This document shows, one piece after another, positions 50,075 through 58,289 of a stretch of 64,000 nt of DNA. This DNA is from Bacteroidia bacterium (GTDB lineage: Bacteria; Bacteroidota; Bacteroidia; M30B66): NCBI GenBank assembly GCA_965279035.1, contig OZ257142.1, positions 1,312,001 through 1,376,000 of the forward strand, in the 5' to 3' direction. Every line of letters starts with the position of its first letter. Within the stretch, counting starts at the first letter, position 1. The notes below the pieces were generated by a model. The model was not told the DNA's origin and did not search any database. It saw only the letters and a list, made by a program, of their open reading frames with translations. Both the position numbers and the translations under genes were made by a program.

Positions 50075-50266
50075 GAGATTTGGTATTTAATGGGGCGGCA
50101 AAATTAAACAAATTGGGCTTGTAACCTTCGTATGCCATAGTATTTGCGAAGGCATACATTGTTTAGTACGTGTTCGCCTATACACGGTATTGGGCTCAGC
50201 CCTTAAGCCGGGAAATAGGAAATACCTTAAAAAGTGAAAAAGTTGAAATTCAAATGCAATTGAAAC

Positions 50267-50923
50267 TTAACAGGAAACCTTTACAAAAATTCGTTTAATC
50301 GCACCATTTTGATCAACAGCCTTTACTACAAGGTTTAGTGGTGTGCCATTTTTCTTGTAAAAAACTCTCGAATGTATTTGCTTTATAAATCCAACTTCCT
50401 GATTGCCTTTAAAAACCCTCACAGCTTGATGGTCGAATTCATTATCAGGTTCAAGTTTATACTTTAATACATCACCTTTATTTACACTGTTTGCAGGCAA
50501 ATGAAGTGAAGTCAAATTTGCTAAGTCCGTAAGAAAACGTAAATCTTTTCGTGGATTAAAATCCGCCAAAAACTCAAAATTATCAGTTGGATTTAAACCT
50601 TGTGTATGTGCTAAAAGATAAAACTTATCTTCCTTAAAAGCGGTATCTATTTCCCAGAAATCATAAAAATCAGAAATGTCTGAACGTTCAGATTTCATAA
50701 TTCTTTGTCCAAAAACTTCAAGGACATTACTCGTATATTCTTTGGAGATATCTGGAAACTCTGTGTATGGAGAAAAGCCAGCCGCTTCAGCGGCTTCAAC
50801 ACCTTTAGGGATATACGAAAAGCGAACACCTTGTATTGCGTTTTTTCTTAAAACACCTACAATATGCCTTCTTTTGCCAAGACCTTCTCTCCAACTAAGG
50901 TATATGTTACCTATCTCCTTCAT
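50267..50923 (-). CDS. HIRAN-domain protein, partner of the HipA-like kinase
   Basis: C-terminal LEPDNEFDHQAVRV...VGFI HIRAN signature; N-terminal HipA_N/couple-like region; ATGA overlap with the kinase stop. Confidence 0.75.
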   Translation of the reverse strand: MKEIGNIYLSWREGLGKRRHIVGVLRKNAIQGVRFSYIPKGVEAAEAAGFSPYTEFPDISKEYTSNVLEVFGQRIMKSERSDISDFYDFWEIDTAFKEDKFYLLAHTQGLNPTDNFEFLADFNPRKDLRFLTDLANLTSLHLPANSVNKGDVLKYKLEPDNEFDHQAVRVFKGNQEVGFIKQIHSRVFYKKNGTPLNLVVKAVDQNGAIKRIFVKVSC

Positions 50924-51879
50924 GAGTATTGATCGTATATTTCCTTCAGCTTTTTGAACCGCAAATCTAGTAATTCCAAAACCAATTGCTTTCTCTCTTT
51001 TGGAAGGATGTTATTATCTCCAATTTCTTGAAGCTTTACATCAACGTTTATTAAACGTTTTTCTATTTCAGATTTATCAAATTTTTCAGTGACCCTATTC
51101 AAACAACTTAAAACAAAATCTTTTATCCCTTCCAATTGAAGCAAGTTAGTGATTAACTCAAAGTGAGTTACTTTATTATTTTCCCAGTGAATCTCTGATA
51201 ATCCTTTAGAAACGTATTTCTTTATTTCATCTTTATTGGAAAGAAAAATTGTAACGCGTTCATCTCTTAATTCTCGACCAAAACTACAGCCGCTATCATA
51301 GATTGGTGCAAATCGTGTAACCTTTGGAAGCATTAATCTTGACCTCTCTATTTCAGGTCGAATCTTGCCTTTAACAGTATAAATCGATTTTAGAAATTTT
51401 TTTATCCATTTTGGGTAATTTTCAATCTCTTTATTTTCAATAGCTTTTGTAACTATACTAACAGAGTCCGAAATAACTGAATGTGTATTAATTATAGCCC
51501 AGTTTTCCTGATGTCTATCACTGTTACCAATTAATGCATCAAATACAATTGTTTCGATTAAATCTTTTAAGTGTTTTTCCTTTTTAAAGGAAATAAGTGC
51601 ATTTAAAATTAAATCGAAATTATATTGATTGCGAAGTTTAGTATTTTCAGGATTAAAAGTCGAATCATAGGCTTGTAAATATTTTCCTCCCTCAATTAAT
51701 TCTTCAGAAGCTTGATCTATCATGGACTTGGAAATACATCCAACAACTTCACCTCTTATCGCAATATGGTAAGGTAGGATATCAAAGCCTAATTGCATCC
51801 CAACTTCTGATGCAATTATTTCTGACCAAAATTCGTATTTATAATCCCTTTCACCTGATTTAAACGATTGTTTGAAGAA

Positions 51880-53250
51880 CACACCCGTCCAAGACGTTTG
51901 TATAACGAAAATACAATCCTGATTTGATGCGAGATTACTCATCAAAGAACGCTCTTTTGAAAATTAAACCCTCTATAATTTAAAAAAGGGACATTTGTAA
52001 TTCCAGTTTATCAATTTCGTCATCATCTAAAAAGGGTTTATCAAGCCATTTTTTGAGGTCAATTTTCACAAAGAGATTTAATCGAATAAAGGACACCAAA
52101 TTTGAGAGGTGCCAAGAGTGTTTTGCTTCCTTTTGAAGTGTCTTTAAAAGCAGTATGGTGATTAGTGCTGTCCAAATCTGTATCAGAACAGCATTCATGC
52201 TGGTTCCTATGAAAGACTTGATTTTCAGGTGTGTTTTGATCTCCTTGAAGAACGATTCGATGCTCCATCTACGTTTATATAGTTCTGAAATGGTCGATGC
52301 TGTCCAAGAAAAATTGTTTGTAAGAAGTTCAAGATATATCTGTTGTTCTTCATCCCAGATCTGAACCATTCGGAGCTTTTGCGGGTATTTTTCTTTTGAT
52401 TGAGGTAAACTCAAAAAGCCTTTCCAGTCGTATTGCAAGTCTGGATTTGCTTCATCGGTTGGGCTCTTAGTTCGCTCATAAAGTTCAAACTGAATGTTTT
52501 CTTTTCCTCGAATAACAAAGAATACTCCTTGTTCATCTAATTTTCTCATCCAGTTAAAATCGACATATCCTCTATCAGCTACAACAATGCTTCCTGTGGG
52601 AAATTCAATATCATGTGCTGCATTTACATCGTGCTTTTTGCCATCACTCAAATCAGCAAAAACGGGCATACAGCCGTCAAAGTCAAGGACTGTGTGAAGT
52701 TTTATAGCTCCCTTCTTCTTTCGAAATAGTGCCCAGTCGAACACTTTAAGACAAAGGTCAATCGTGGTTGAATCGAGCAGATAGATTTTACGTTTGGGAA
52801 GCAGCTTTCGGCTTGTTTTTAAGGTTGATTCAAACTGCTCATACAAGTTAAAATACATCGCTTGAAACAGCTCCCAGTTGCGATGTTGGTTATTATATGC
52901 CAACGATGATCGCCTCATGGCTTTTGACACTCCCAGATGATTTAAATCGCCTGTTGCTGATCGCATTCCATTGCAAACGTCATTTAAGCTATTAGACTTG
53001 GAAAACTGGCAAAAAACCATTGTCACAAAGTGAGACCAAGCATCATTGCCTTTACAATGTTTATTGGACTCAAACTTTTCTACTAGTTTATTGAAAGAAT
53101 CTCGCTTAATTTTTTGGAATATCTGAGCAAATAATGTGATCTTCATGCCGGAGTTGGTTTATGTTTTTGTGTCGTAACTCAAACATACCGGATTTAATCC
53201 GGACCAACTCTATTTTTTTACCCTATTTTAAAACGTCTTGGACGGGTGTG
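51880..53250 (-). mobile_element. IS4-family element, complete
   Basis: Perfect 20-bp TIR CACACCCGTCCAAGACGTTT; 9-bp TSD TTTGAAGAA at 51871 and 53251. Confidence 0.95.
51980..53146 (-). CDS. IS4-family transposase (DUF4372 + DDE_Tnp_1)
   Basis: LDSTTI, KLH, ADRGY and YKRRWSIESFFK (YREK) motifs. Confidence 0.95.
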   Translation of the reverse strand: MKITLFAQIFQKIKRDSFNKLVEKFESNKHCKGNDAWSHFVTMVFCQFSKSNSLNDVCNGMRSATGDLNHLGVSKAMRRSSLAYNNQHRNWELFQAMYFNLYEQFESTLKTSRKLLPKRKIYLLDSTTIDLCLKVFDWALFRKKKGAIKLHTVLDFDGCMPVFADLSDGKKHDVNAAHDIEFPTGSIVVADRGYVDFNWMRKLDEQGVFFVIRGKENIQFELYERTKSPTDEANPDLQYDWKGFLSLPQSKEKYPQKLRMVQIWDEEQQIYLELLTNNFSWTASTISELYKRRWSIESFFKEIKTHLKIKSFIGTSMNAVLIQIWTALITILLLKTLQKEAKHSWHLSNLVSFIRLNLFVKIDLKKWLDKPFLDDDEIDKLELQMSLF

Positions 53251-53377
53251 TTTGAAGAAATACAATTGTCCATCTTCTGGGTTCAGATAGATTTTTTTAT
53301 TTCGAGTGCCTCCCGTATTCAACCAAGATTGTTCTATCCATTCAGTAATAATATATAGTTTAGGCATAGGTTAAATG

Positions 53378-53659
53378 CTATTTATTTCTATTTTTAATAG
53401 GAATTGATTCATTATTAATTACCGAAAAAATGTGGTTAATTATTCCTATTTCGGCACTATTTAGTTTTTTCTTTAATGCTAGTTCTTTTAATAAACTCTC
53501 TTTGCCAATTTGTTTTAGAACAGAGGTATTGCTTTTATAAGCGATGGGTATTATTTTTTCTATGACCTCAAGTGCCGCAATTCTTCTGTCTGAGGCGAGG
53601 TCCCTTTCTTCACTTTTGAGTTGTTTAGTGATTTCTGATGTAATCTCTTTCCATTTCAT
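53378..53659 (-). CDS. Hypothetical basic 93-aa protein, likely first gene of the kinase operon
   Basis: ATG start; stop lies 10 nt before the kinase ATG. Confidence 0.55.
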   Translation of the reverse strand: MKWKEITSEITKQLKSEERDLASDRRIAALEVIEKIIPIAYKSNTSVLKQIGKESLLKELALKKKLNSAEIGIINHIFSVINNESIPIKNRNK

Positions 53660-53813
53660 TTCTACTATTTTAATGGTAATTTACTGCATCTTCTGCTGCA
53701 ATTGAAAAACTTTCCTCCTCCTTCACACCCTATACTTCACCAATTTTGGTCTTTATTTTTTTGCTCAAATATTTCTATTAAACGTTTGTTATTGGTTTAG
53801 AGAGTTGATTGAA

Positions 53814-53850
53814 TTAGTTGCAAAGAATCATTCTTATTCTTTGCAACTAA
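53814..53850. terminator. Hairpin/terminator after 747-aa gene
   Basis: TTAGTTGCAAAGAAT/ATTCTTTGCAACTAA 15-bp inverted repeat. Confidence 0.65.
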
Positions 53851-53873
53851 TGAATGGTATTTCGAATGATTAC

Positions 53874-56117
53874 TCAGATTTTTGTCCAACGCGAAGAAGT
53901 ACGCATTCCGTTTTTCATGATTACGGTGATAAGATAGGTTCCGGAGGGTAGCTCATTCCAAGTGAAATTGGGAGAATTTTCGGATGTGGTAATGGATTGA
54001 ATGGTTCTTCCACTTAGGTCTGATAGTAGAATTATTTTTTGAGATTCTTGCCAATTTTTTGAGAAATACAATGCAACATTTCCTGTAGATGGATTGGGGC
54101 TCACATTCAATTCGATTGGGCTTGTTACATGATCAATTCCCACAGGCATTGGATAAATGGAATAATGATGCACGGGGGTGAAAACGGGAGCATTAAAATC
54201 GAAATAGATAGCTGCTTGATTTTCGATTGTATACGAGATTGGATTGGATTCTTTTTGTTTGATTTTAAATTCTACAAAACCAATACTTGCTGGCTCATTG
54301 AGCGATTTCTGAACCAAATCAATATGACTAAAACGAAATCGAAGAATGTTATTTTCAAGATAGAAACTGTAGGGATGACTTGAAGCTCCGGGAATGATGG
54401 AAGTATAATCTAAATATTCGCTCAGCGTATCTTTTACGTCAACAGTATGTGCAGTAAAACTCCCTGTATTTTGAAAACGAATTCGGTAGGTAATCGTTTG
54501 TTCTTTTTCAATTCGGTTTAATGCACCAAATCCTTCTGGGAATCCTTGCTTATCATTTGGATCATAACTTCCTACGACAAAAGCACATTCCGTGTCAAAA
54601 GTTTGATAGGTTAAATTAATTAATGTATCTGCAATAGCTGAATTATCACTATTCGAAATAAAAAGGCTTTCAACATTTCCTTCGCTGTCGATTAGTACTG
54701 ATGTCCAATTTTCTGAAAAAACATTGGCAGTGAATGATTCATTGGGCCCTAATGTGAAGCTGTATGGAATGGAAGTTAAAAACATTCCAAAAAGGGTATC
54801 ATAATCGTTATTTACATATAAGGTGAAATAATTGGGCATGGCGATTTCACCAATATTTGTAACGGTAATGGTGTTAGAGAGCGTATCGCCAGAAAGCACC
54901 AATTTTAGGGCTGAGCTGTTTTCATCCATACAATCATTTGAAGCAATTAAAGCACCTTCAATACAAACGAAATTTCCTAATTGATTTTCACAAGTAGTAG
55001 AATCTAGAATGGAAACAATTAACTCCTGAAACAAATCAACAGTAGGAGCATGAAACAGAAAGGTATTGTTTCCTATGTTTTCGAAAGGAACACTTGCTGA
55101 AACTGGATAAATCTGATCAGTGGGATAGGTTAAAGTAAAATCGAATGCCGAAGTTGTTGTTCCATGGTTTGCGATTCTAACATAATTATACGATTCAAAA
55201 CATCTATTGAAAAATGGTGCTGTATATTCGAAATCATATTCAGTGCATTGTTGAGTTGAACGAAGGGCAAAGTCTACATTATTAATAGTTTGTCCTGTAT
55301 CAGAATTGAATGTTATGACTTGTTCTGTAGGAAAACACGAAGGCTCGAAAGGAACCATAACATGGTCTAATGTAGCTGTAATTGACGGCTGGCTGGGAGG
55401 GATAAAAGCATTATACCACCCTGTTTCATTGGAATAAGAAAGGCCAACTAATTCTCCGTTTTGATTAAAGATATTTATTTTTTGATTATCAATTGGTAGT
55501 TCAATTCCATCTCCGCATATATCATTCGAATCATAATTTACATGCCCGATAATTTCATTAAAAGTTCCCAATTGTGCGGTACTACCTGAGAAGTCAATGG
55601 AATAATTACACATTCCTACTCCTGAAAAATTATTCACAACTAAAATATAAATTCTACCTGCTTCTGCTTGAATTGCAGGCGAATCTTGTGGATTGGTACC
55701 GTTGTTAGCTCCAGTTGTTGAAGTTGGAAAAGTACTACCACTGAAGTTACAGGCAATTTGTAACTCTGGATTGGTAGCTATTGCAGAACATCCATAATTG
55801 GTAATATCAAAAACTGCAAAATCATAATCGGCATTATCACAGGTAGGAATAATATTAAAAGAAACCACACCATCACTTGTCGTATAAAATATAAACCAAG
55901 CTACATTTCTTTCTCCACTAGTTAAGCAACCTGTGGATGTGTTTATTTCTCCTAGTACTTCACCCTCACCTACCGAACTATAATAGGTAACAGTTTCCCA
56001 GTTTTCAAGTGGTATAGCATCGATGCAATCCTTAGCTCCTAGCTCTTGAGCATATGTATTATTTACATTAATTAGATTTATCAGCAATAGGAATAATAGG
56101 TAATGAATTATTTTCAT
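53874..56117 (-). CDS. T9SS-secreted protein with GSYDPNDK (DUF7619-type) domain
   Basis: DCIDAIP...DYDFAVF N-domain; GSYDPNDK...YRIRFQNTG...IYFDFNAPV; SPNPS CTD. Confidence 0.85.
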   Translation of the reverse strand: MKIIHYLLFLLLINLINVNNTYAQELGAKDCIDAIPLENWETVTYYSSVGEGEVLGEINTSTGCLTSGERNVAWFIFYTTSDGVVSFNIIPTCDNADYDFAVFDITNYGCSAIATNPELQIACNFSGSTFPTSTTGANNGTNPQDSPAIQAEAGRIYILVVNNFSGVGMCNYSIDFSGSTAQLGTFNEIIGHVNYDSNDICGDGIELPIDNQKINIFNQNGELVGLSYSNETGWYNAFIPPSQPSITATLDHVMVPFEPSCFPTEQVITFNSDTGQTINNVDFALRSTQQCTEYDFEYTAPFFNRCFESYNYVRIANHGTTTSAFDFTLTYPTDQIYPVSASVPFENIGNNTFLFHAPTVDLFQELIVSILDSTTCENQLGNFVCIEGALIASNDCMDENSSALKLVLSGDTLSNTITVTNIGEIAMPNYFTLYVNNDYDTLFGMFLTSIPYSFTLGPNESFTANVFSENWTSVLIDSEGNVESLFISNSDNSAIADTLINLTYQTFDTECAFVVGSYDPNDKQGFPEGFGALNRIEKEQTITYRIRFQNTGSFTAHTVDVKDTLSEYLDYTSIIPGASSHPYSFYLENNILRFRFSHIDLVQKSLNEPASIGFVEFKIKQKESNPISYTIENQAAIYFDFNAPVFTPVHHYSIYPMPVGIDHVTSPIELNVSPNPSTGNVALYFSKNWQESQKIILLSDLSGRTIQSITTSENSPNFTWNELPSGTYLITVIMKNGMRTSSRWTKI

Positions 56118-56303
56118 AACGATATATTAGAAAAGTAAATATAGGTATAAAAAGAATCTAATACTATCCAAGTATTCTAAAACACGATCTGTTTTTAAGT
56201 AGAATACAAACTTGCTAATCCTAAATATGAAATTCTAGACCATTTGATCGATTGAACACATACGTAAATGAATTAACCAGCTCCAATTTTCGATTTGTCA
56301 ATC

Positions 56304-56402
56304 TTAAACAAACAATTTCTTCGCTTCTTTCCGACTCATTGCCTGATTACGTTGGAGTCGTTTGGATTGAGCACGAATCGCATAGTGTTGCCATTTTTTC
56401 AT
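56304..56402 (-). pseudogene. Duplicated 3' fragment of the DUF3291-like gene
   Basis: 99-bp near-identical copy of 56932-57030, including the stop codon. Confidence 0.85.
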
Positions 56403-56455
56403 TTCTTTAGGGTTGCTGCTATGTTGGTACAATTAATTAAGATCGTTTTCTCTTT

Positions 56456-56842
56456 TTACCTAAGTTTCATTCTTCTATTTCTATAATCAGCAAATAATCC
56501 AAGCGTTGGTAGTATTGTAAAAAGATAAACTAGGTGATACCAGATAGGATAGTCGTTCCAAACGTTAACAAAATGAGTATAGGCAGCAATACTAAATAGA
56601 ATTATAGAAACAATCCAAGAGCTTGTCCTTGAATTATTCGAGATGATCGATACACACATACCGGCAGCAATGGAAGCAAATAAAGCAACAACTAATCTAA
56701 ATAATAACATTTCGTTTGAATAGGATTTATCGATACTGGCTATGGCATAGTTTGTCCAACAATACTTAAGCAAATACAAACCCAGCAAGCCTATTATCGC
56801 ATAGGTAATCAAGCCTGCAAGTATTCCTAATAGCATCTTCAT
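56456..56842 (-). CDS. Small membrane protein (4 TM)
   Basis: Hydrophobic helices; PIWYH motif. Confidence 0.7.
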   Translation of the reverse strand: MKMLLGILAGLITYAIIGLLGLYLLKYCWTNYAIASIDKSYSNEMLLFRLVVALFASIAAGMCVSIISNNSRTSSWIVSIILFSIAAYTHFVNVWNDYPIWYHLVYLFTILPTLGLFADYRNRRMKLR

Positions 56843-56931
56843 AATATTTGGTTTGTTCTAGCGATTATTTAGAATTGAATGGGGTGAATGAAAAGGAATG
56901 GAATGATAAATTCCCAATTCTAAATCCAGCT

Positions 56932-57249
56932 TTAAACAAATAATTTCTTCGCTTCTTTCCAACTCATTGCTTGATCACGTTGGAGTCGTTTGGATTGAGC
57001 ACGAATCGCATAGTGTTGCCATTTTTTCATGGCTTCGAGGTGAACTCCCTGTTTGTAGAATTGTTTTAAATCATTTTCATTTTCCCAGAGCGTCATAGTG
57101 TACCAACATTTTAAATTCCAGCTTCCGGTAGCTTTAAATCCTTTGCAGGGAGCTTGTTGTAATGCCTTTATAATTTTCTGGTTCATTGCAAAGAATGACC
57201 TTAATTGGGAATAGGAGCGGAGTTCTATTTTGGTGATAGATACTATCAT
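56932..57249 (-). CDS. DUF3291-like (dimeric alpha/beta barrel) protein
   Basis: YTMTLWE..DLKQF...GVHLEAMK; start at MIVSIT. Confidence 0.65.
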   Translation of the reverse strand: MIVSITKIELRSYSQLRSFFAMNQKIIKALQQAPCKGFKATGSWNLKCWYTMTLWENENDLKQFYKQGVHLEAMKKWQHYAIRAQSKRLQRDQAMSWKEAKKLFV

Positions 57250-57400
57250 GCGTATTAGATTAATTGTAAGCATTAGGAATTTAGGTAATATAACCCCTAT
57301 TATGAAGTTGACTAATTATACTATTTTTTTTGATTACAAACATAGAATTAAGACCGAGGTAGTATCATGTTAATAAATCATAAATGTTTGTCTACGACGT

Positions 57401-57546
57401 ATTACTTTCTTGTCTTGAAACAAGAAAGTAATCAAAGAAGTTCAAGTCTGGACGATGCTGCTTGCGCTCATAGCCTTTTTTCGACCATTTTGCATGGACA
57501 ATCATTTTTCTAATCAAAGTCGAAACACACCCTCGCCGCCCAGACA
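57401..57546. repeat. Structured intergenic element (candidate dispersed repeat/MITE-like)
   Basis: ATTACTTTCTTGT/ACAAGAAAGTAAT hairpin, then nested GTCTGG/CCAGAC and TTCGAC/GTCGAA inverted repeats. Confidence 0.5.
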
Positions 57547-57714
57547 AAGCCATCGCACTGATCCGTTTCTAATTATAATATTAATAATTAAACTAGTTTT
57601 AAGATCATTAAGATAGCAATGAGAAATTTGAGTAAATAATAAATTGGAGTTGGTTAATAATACTTTCCATTTTATTAGTTCTATCATCTACTTTAATTGA
57701 ATAATTTGTATTGT

Positions 57715-58242
57715 TCATTTCGTGGTTTTAGCTCCCAACTGTATTCCCATTTGCTCATACACTTTATCGTTCGGCTGCCAAAGCTCAATCTTATTGCCTT
57801 CTAAATCCATTATATGGACAAACTTGCCATAGTCGAACGATTCGATGGTGTCGGTAAGAGTAACACCTTCTTTCTTTAATTCAATGACTAAGGCTTGTAG
57901 ATCGGCCACACGGTAATTAATCATGAATTCTTTGGTAGATGGTTCAAAGTATTTAGTTTTCTCGTTAAAAGGGCTCCATTGCGTAAATCCTTTTTGAGTT
58001 GAATCGGCACCTTGGTACCATTCAAACACAGAACCGTAGGCATTTACTTCCAAACCCAAATGTTGTTGATACCATTCACGAAGTTTCTTAGGATCTTTAC
58101 ACTTGAAAAAAATACCACCAATACCAGTCACACGTTTTAAAGTAGGTGTTTCTATTGCTGGTTTATCGAGGATTGTTTTAAATGCAAATCCAAAGCAAAA
58201 AGAGGTAGATAATGCGAGTAGGAGAAGGATGTTTTTTTTCAT
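57715..58242 (-). CDS. VOC/glyoxalase-family protein with N-terminal signal peptide
   Basis: RVTGIGGIFFK...FMINYRV...DLEGNKIELW. Confidence 0.88.
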   Translation of the reverse strand: MKKNILLLLALSTSFCFGFAFKTILDKPAIETPTLKRVTGIGGIFFKCKDPKKLREWYQQHLGLEVNAYGSVFEWYQGADSTQKGFTQWSPFNEKTKYFEPSTKEFMINYRVADLQALVIELKKEGVTLTDTIESFDYGKFVHIMDLEGNKIELWQPNDKVYEQMGIQLGAKTTK

Positions 58243-58251
58243 AAATATTTT

Positions 58252-58289
58252 AATTACGAATTACGAATTACGAATTACGAATTACGAAT
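58252..58289 (+). repeat. Heptamer tandem repeat (AATTACG)n, continued after the IS at 59685-59700
   Basis: Five perfect copies plus a partial copy. Confidence 0.9.

Larger units (their letters stand above)
50920..53367 (-). pseudogene. HipA-like Ser/Thr kinase interrupted by IS4 (reconstructs to 355 aa)
   Basis: 53367-53251 gives MPKLYIITEWIEQSWLNTGGTRNKKIYLNPEDGQLYFFK, joining in frame to QSFKSG...EFWSEIIA...DALIGNSDRHQENW...FAPIYDSG after removing the IS and one TSD. Confidence 0.88.

Noticed and set aside
50920-51945. 341-aa ORF as an intact kinase gene
   Set aside because: Its first ~22 codons come from the IS end; the native N-terminus lies at 53251-53367.
53161-53358. 65-aa plus-strand ORF
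   Set aside because: Spans the IS end and is antisense to the kinase N-terminus.
56295-56486. 63-aa plus-strand ORF
   Set aside because: Antisense to the duplicated DUF3291 fragment; TTG start; no support.
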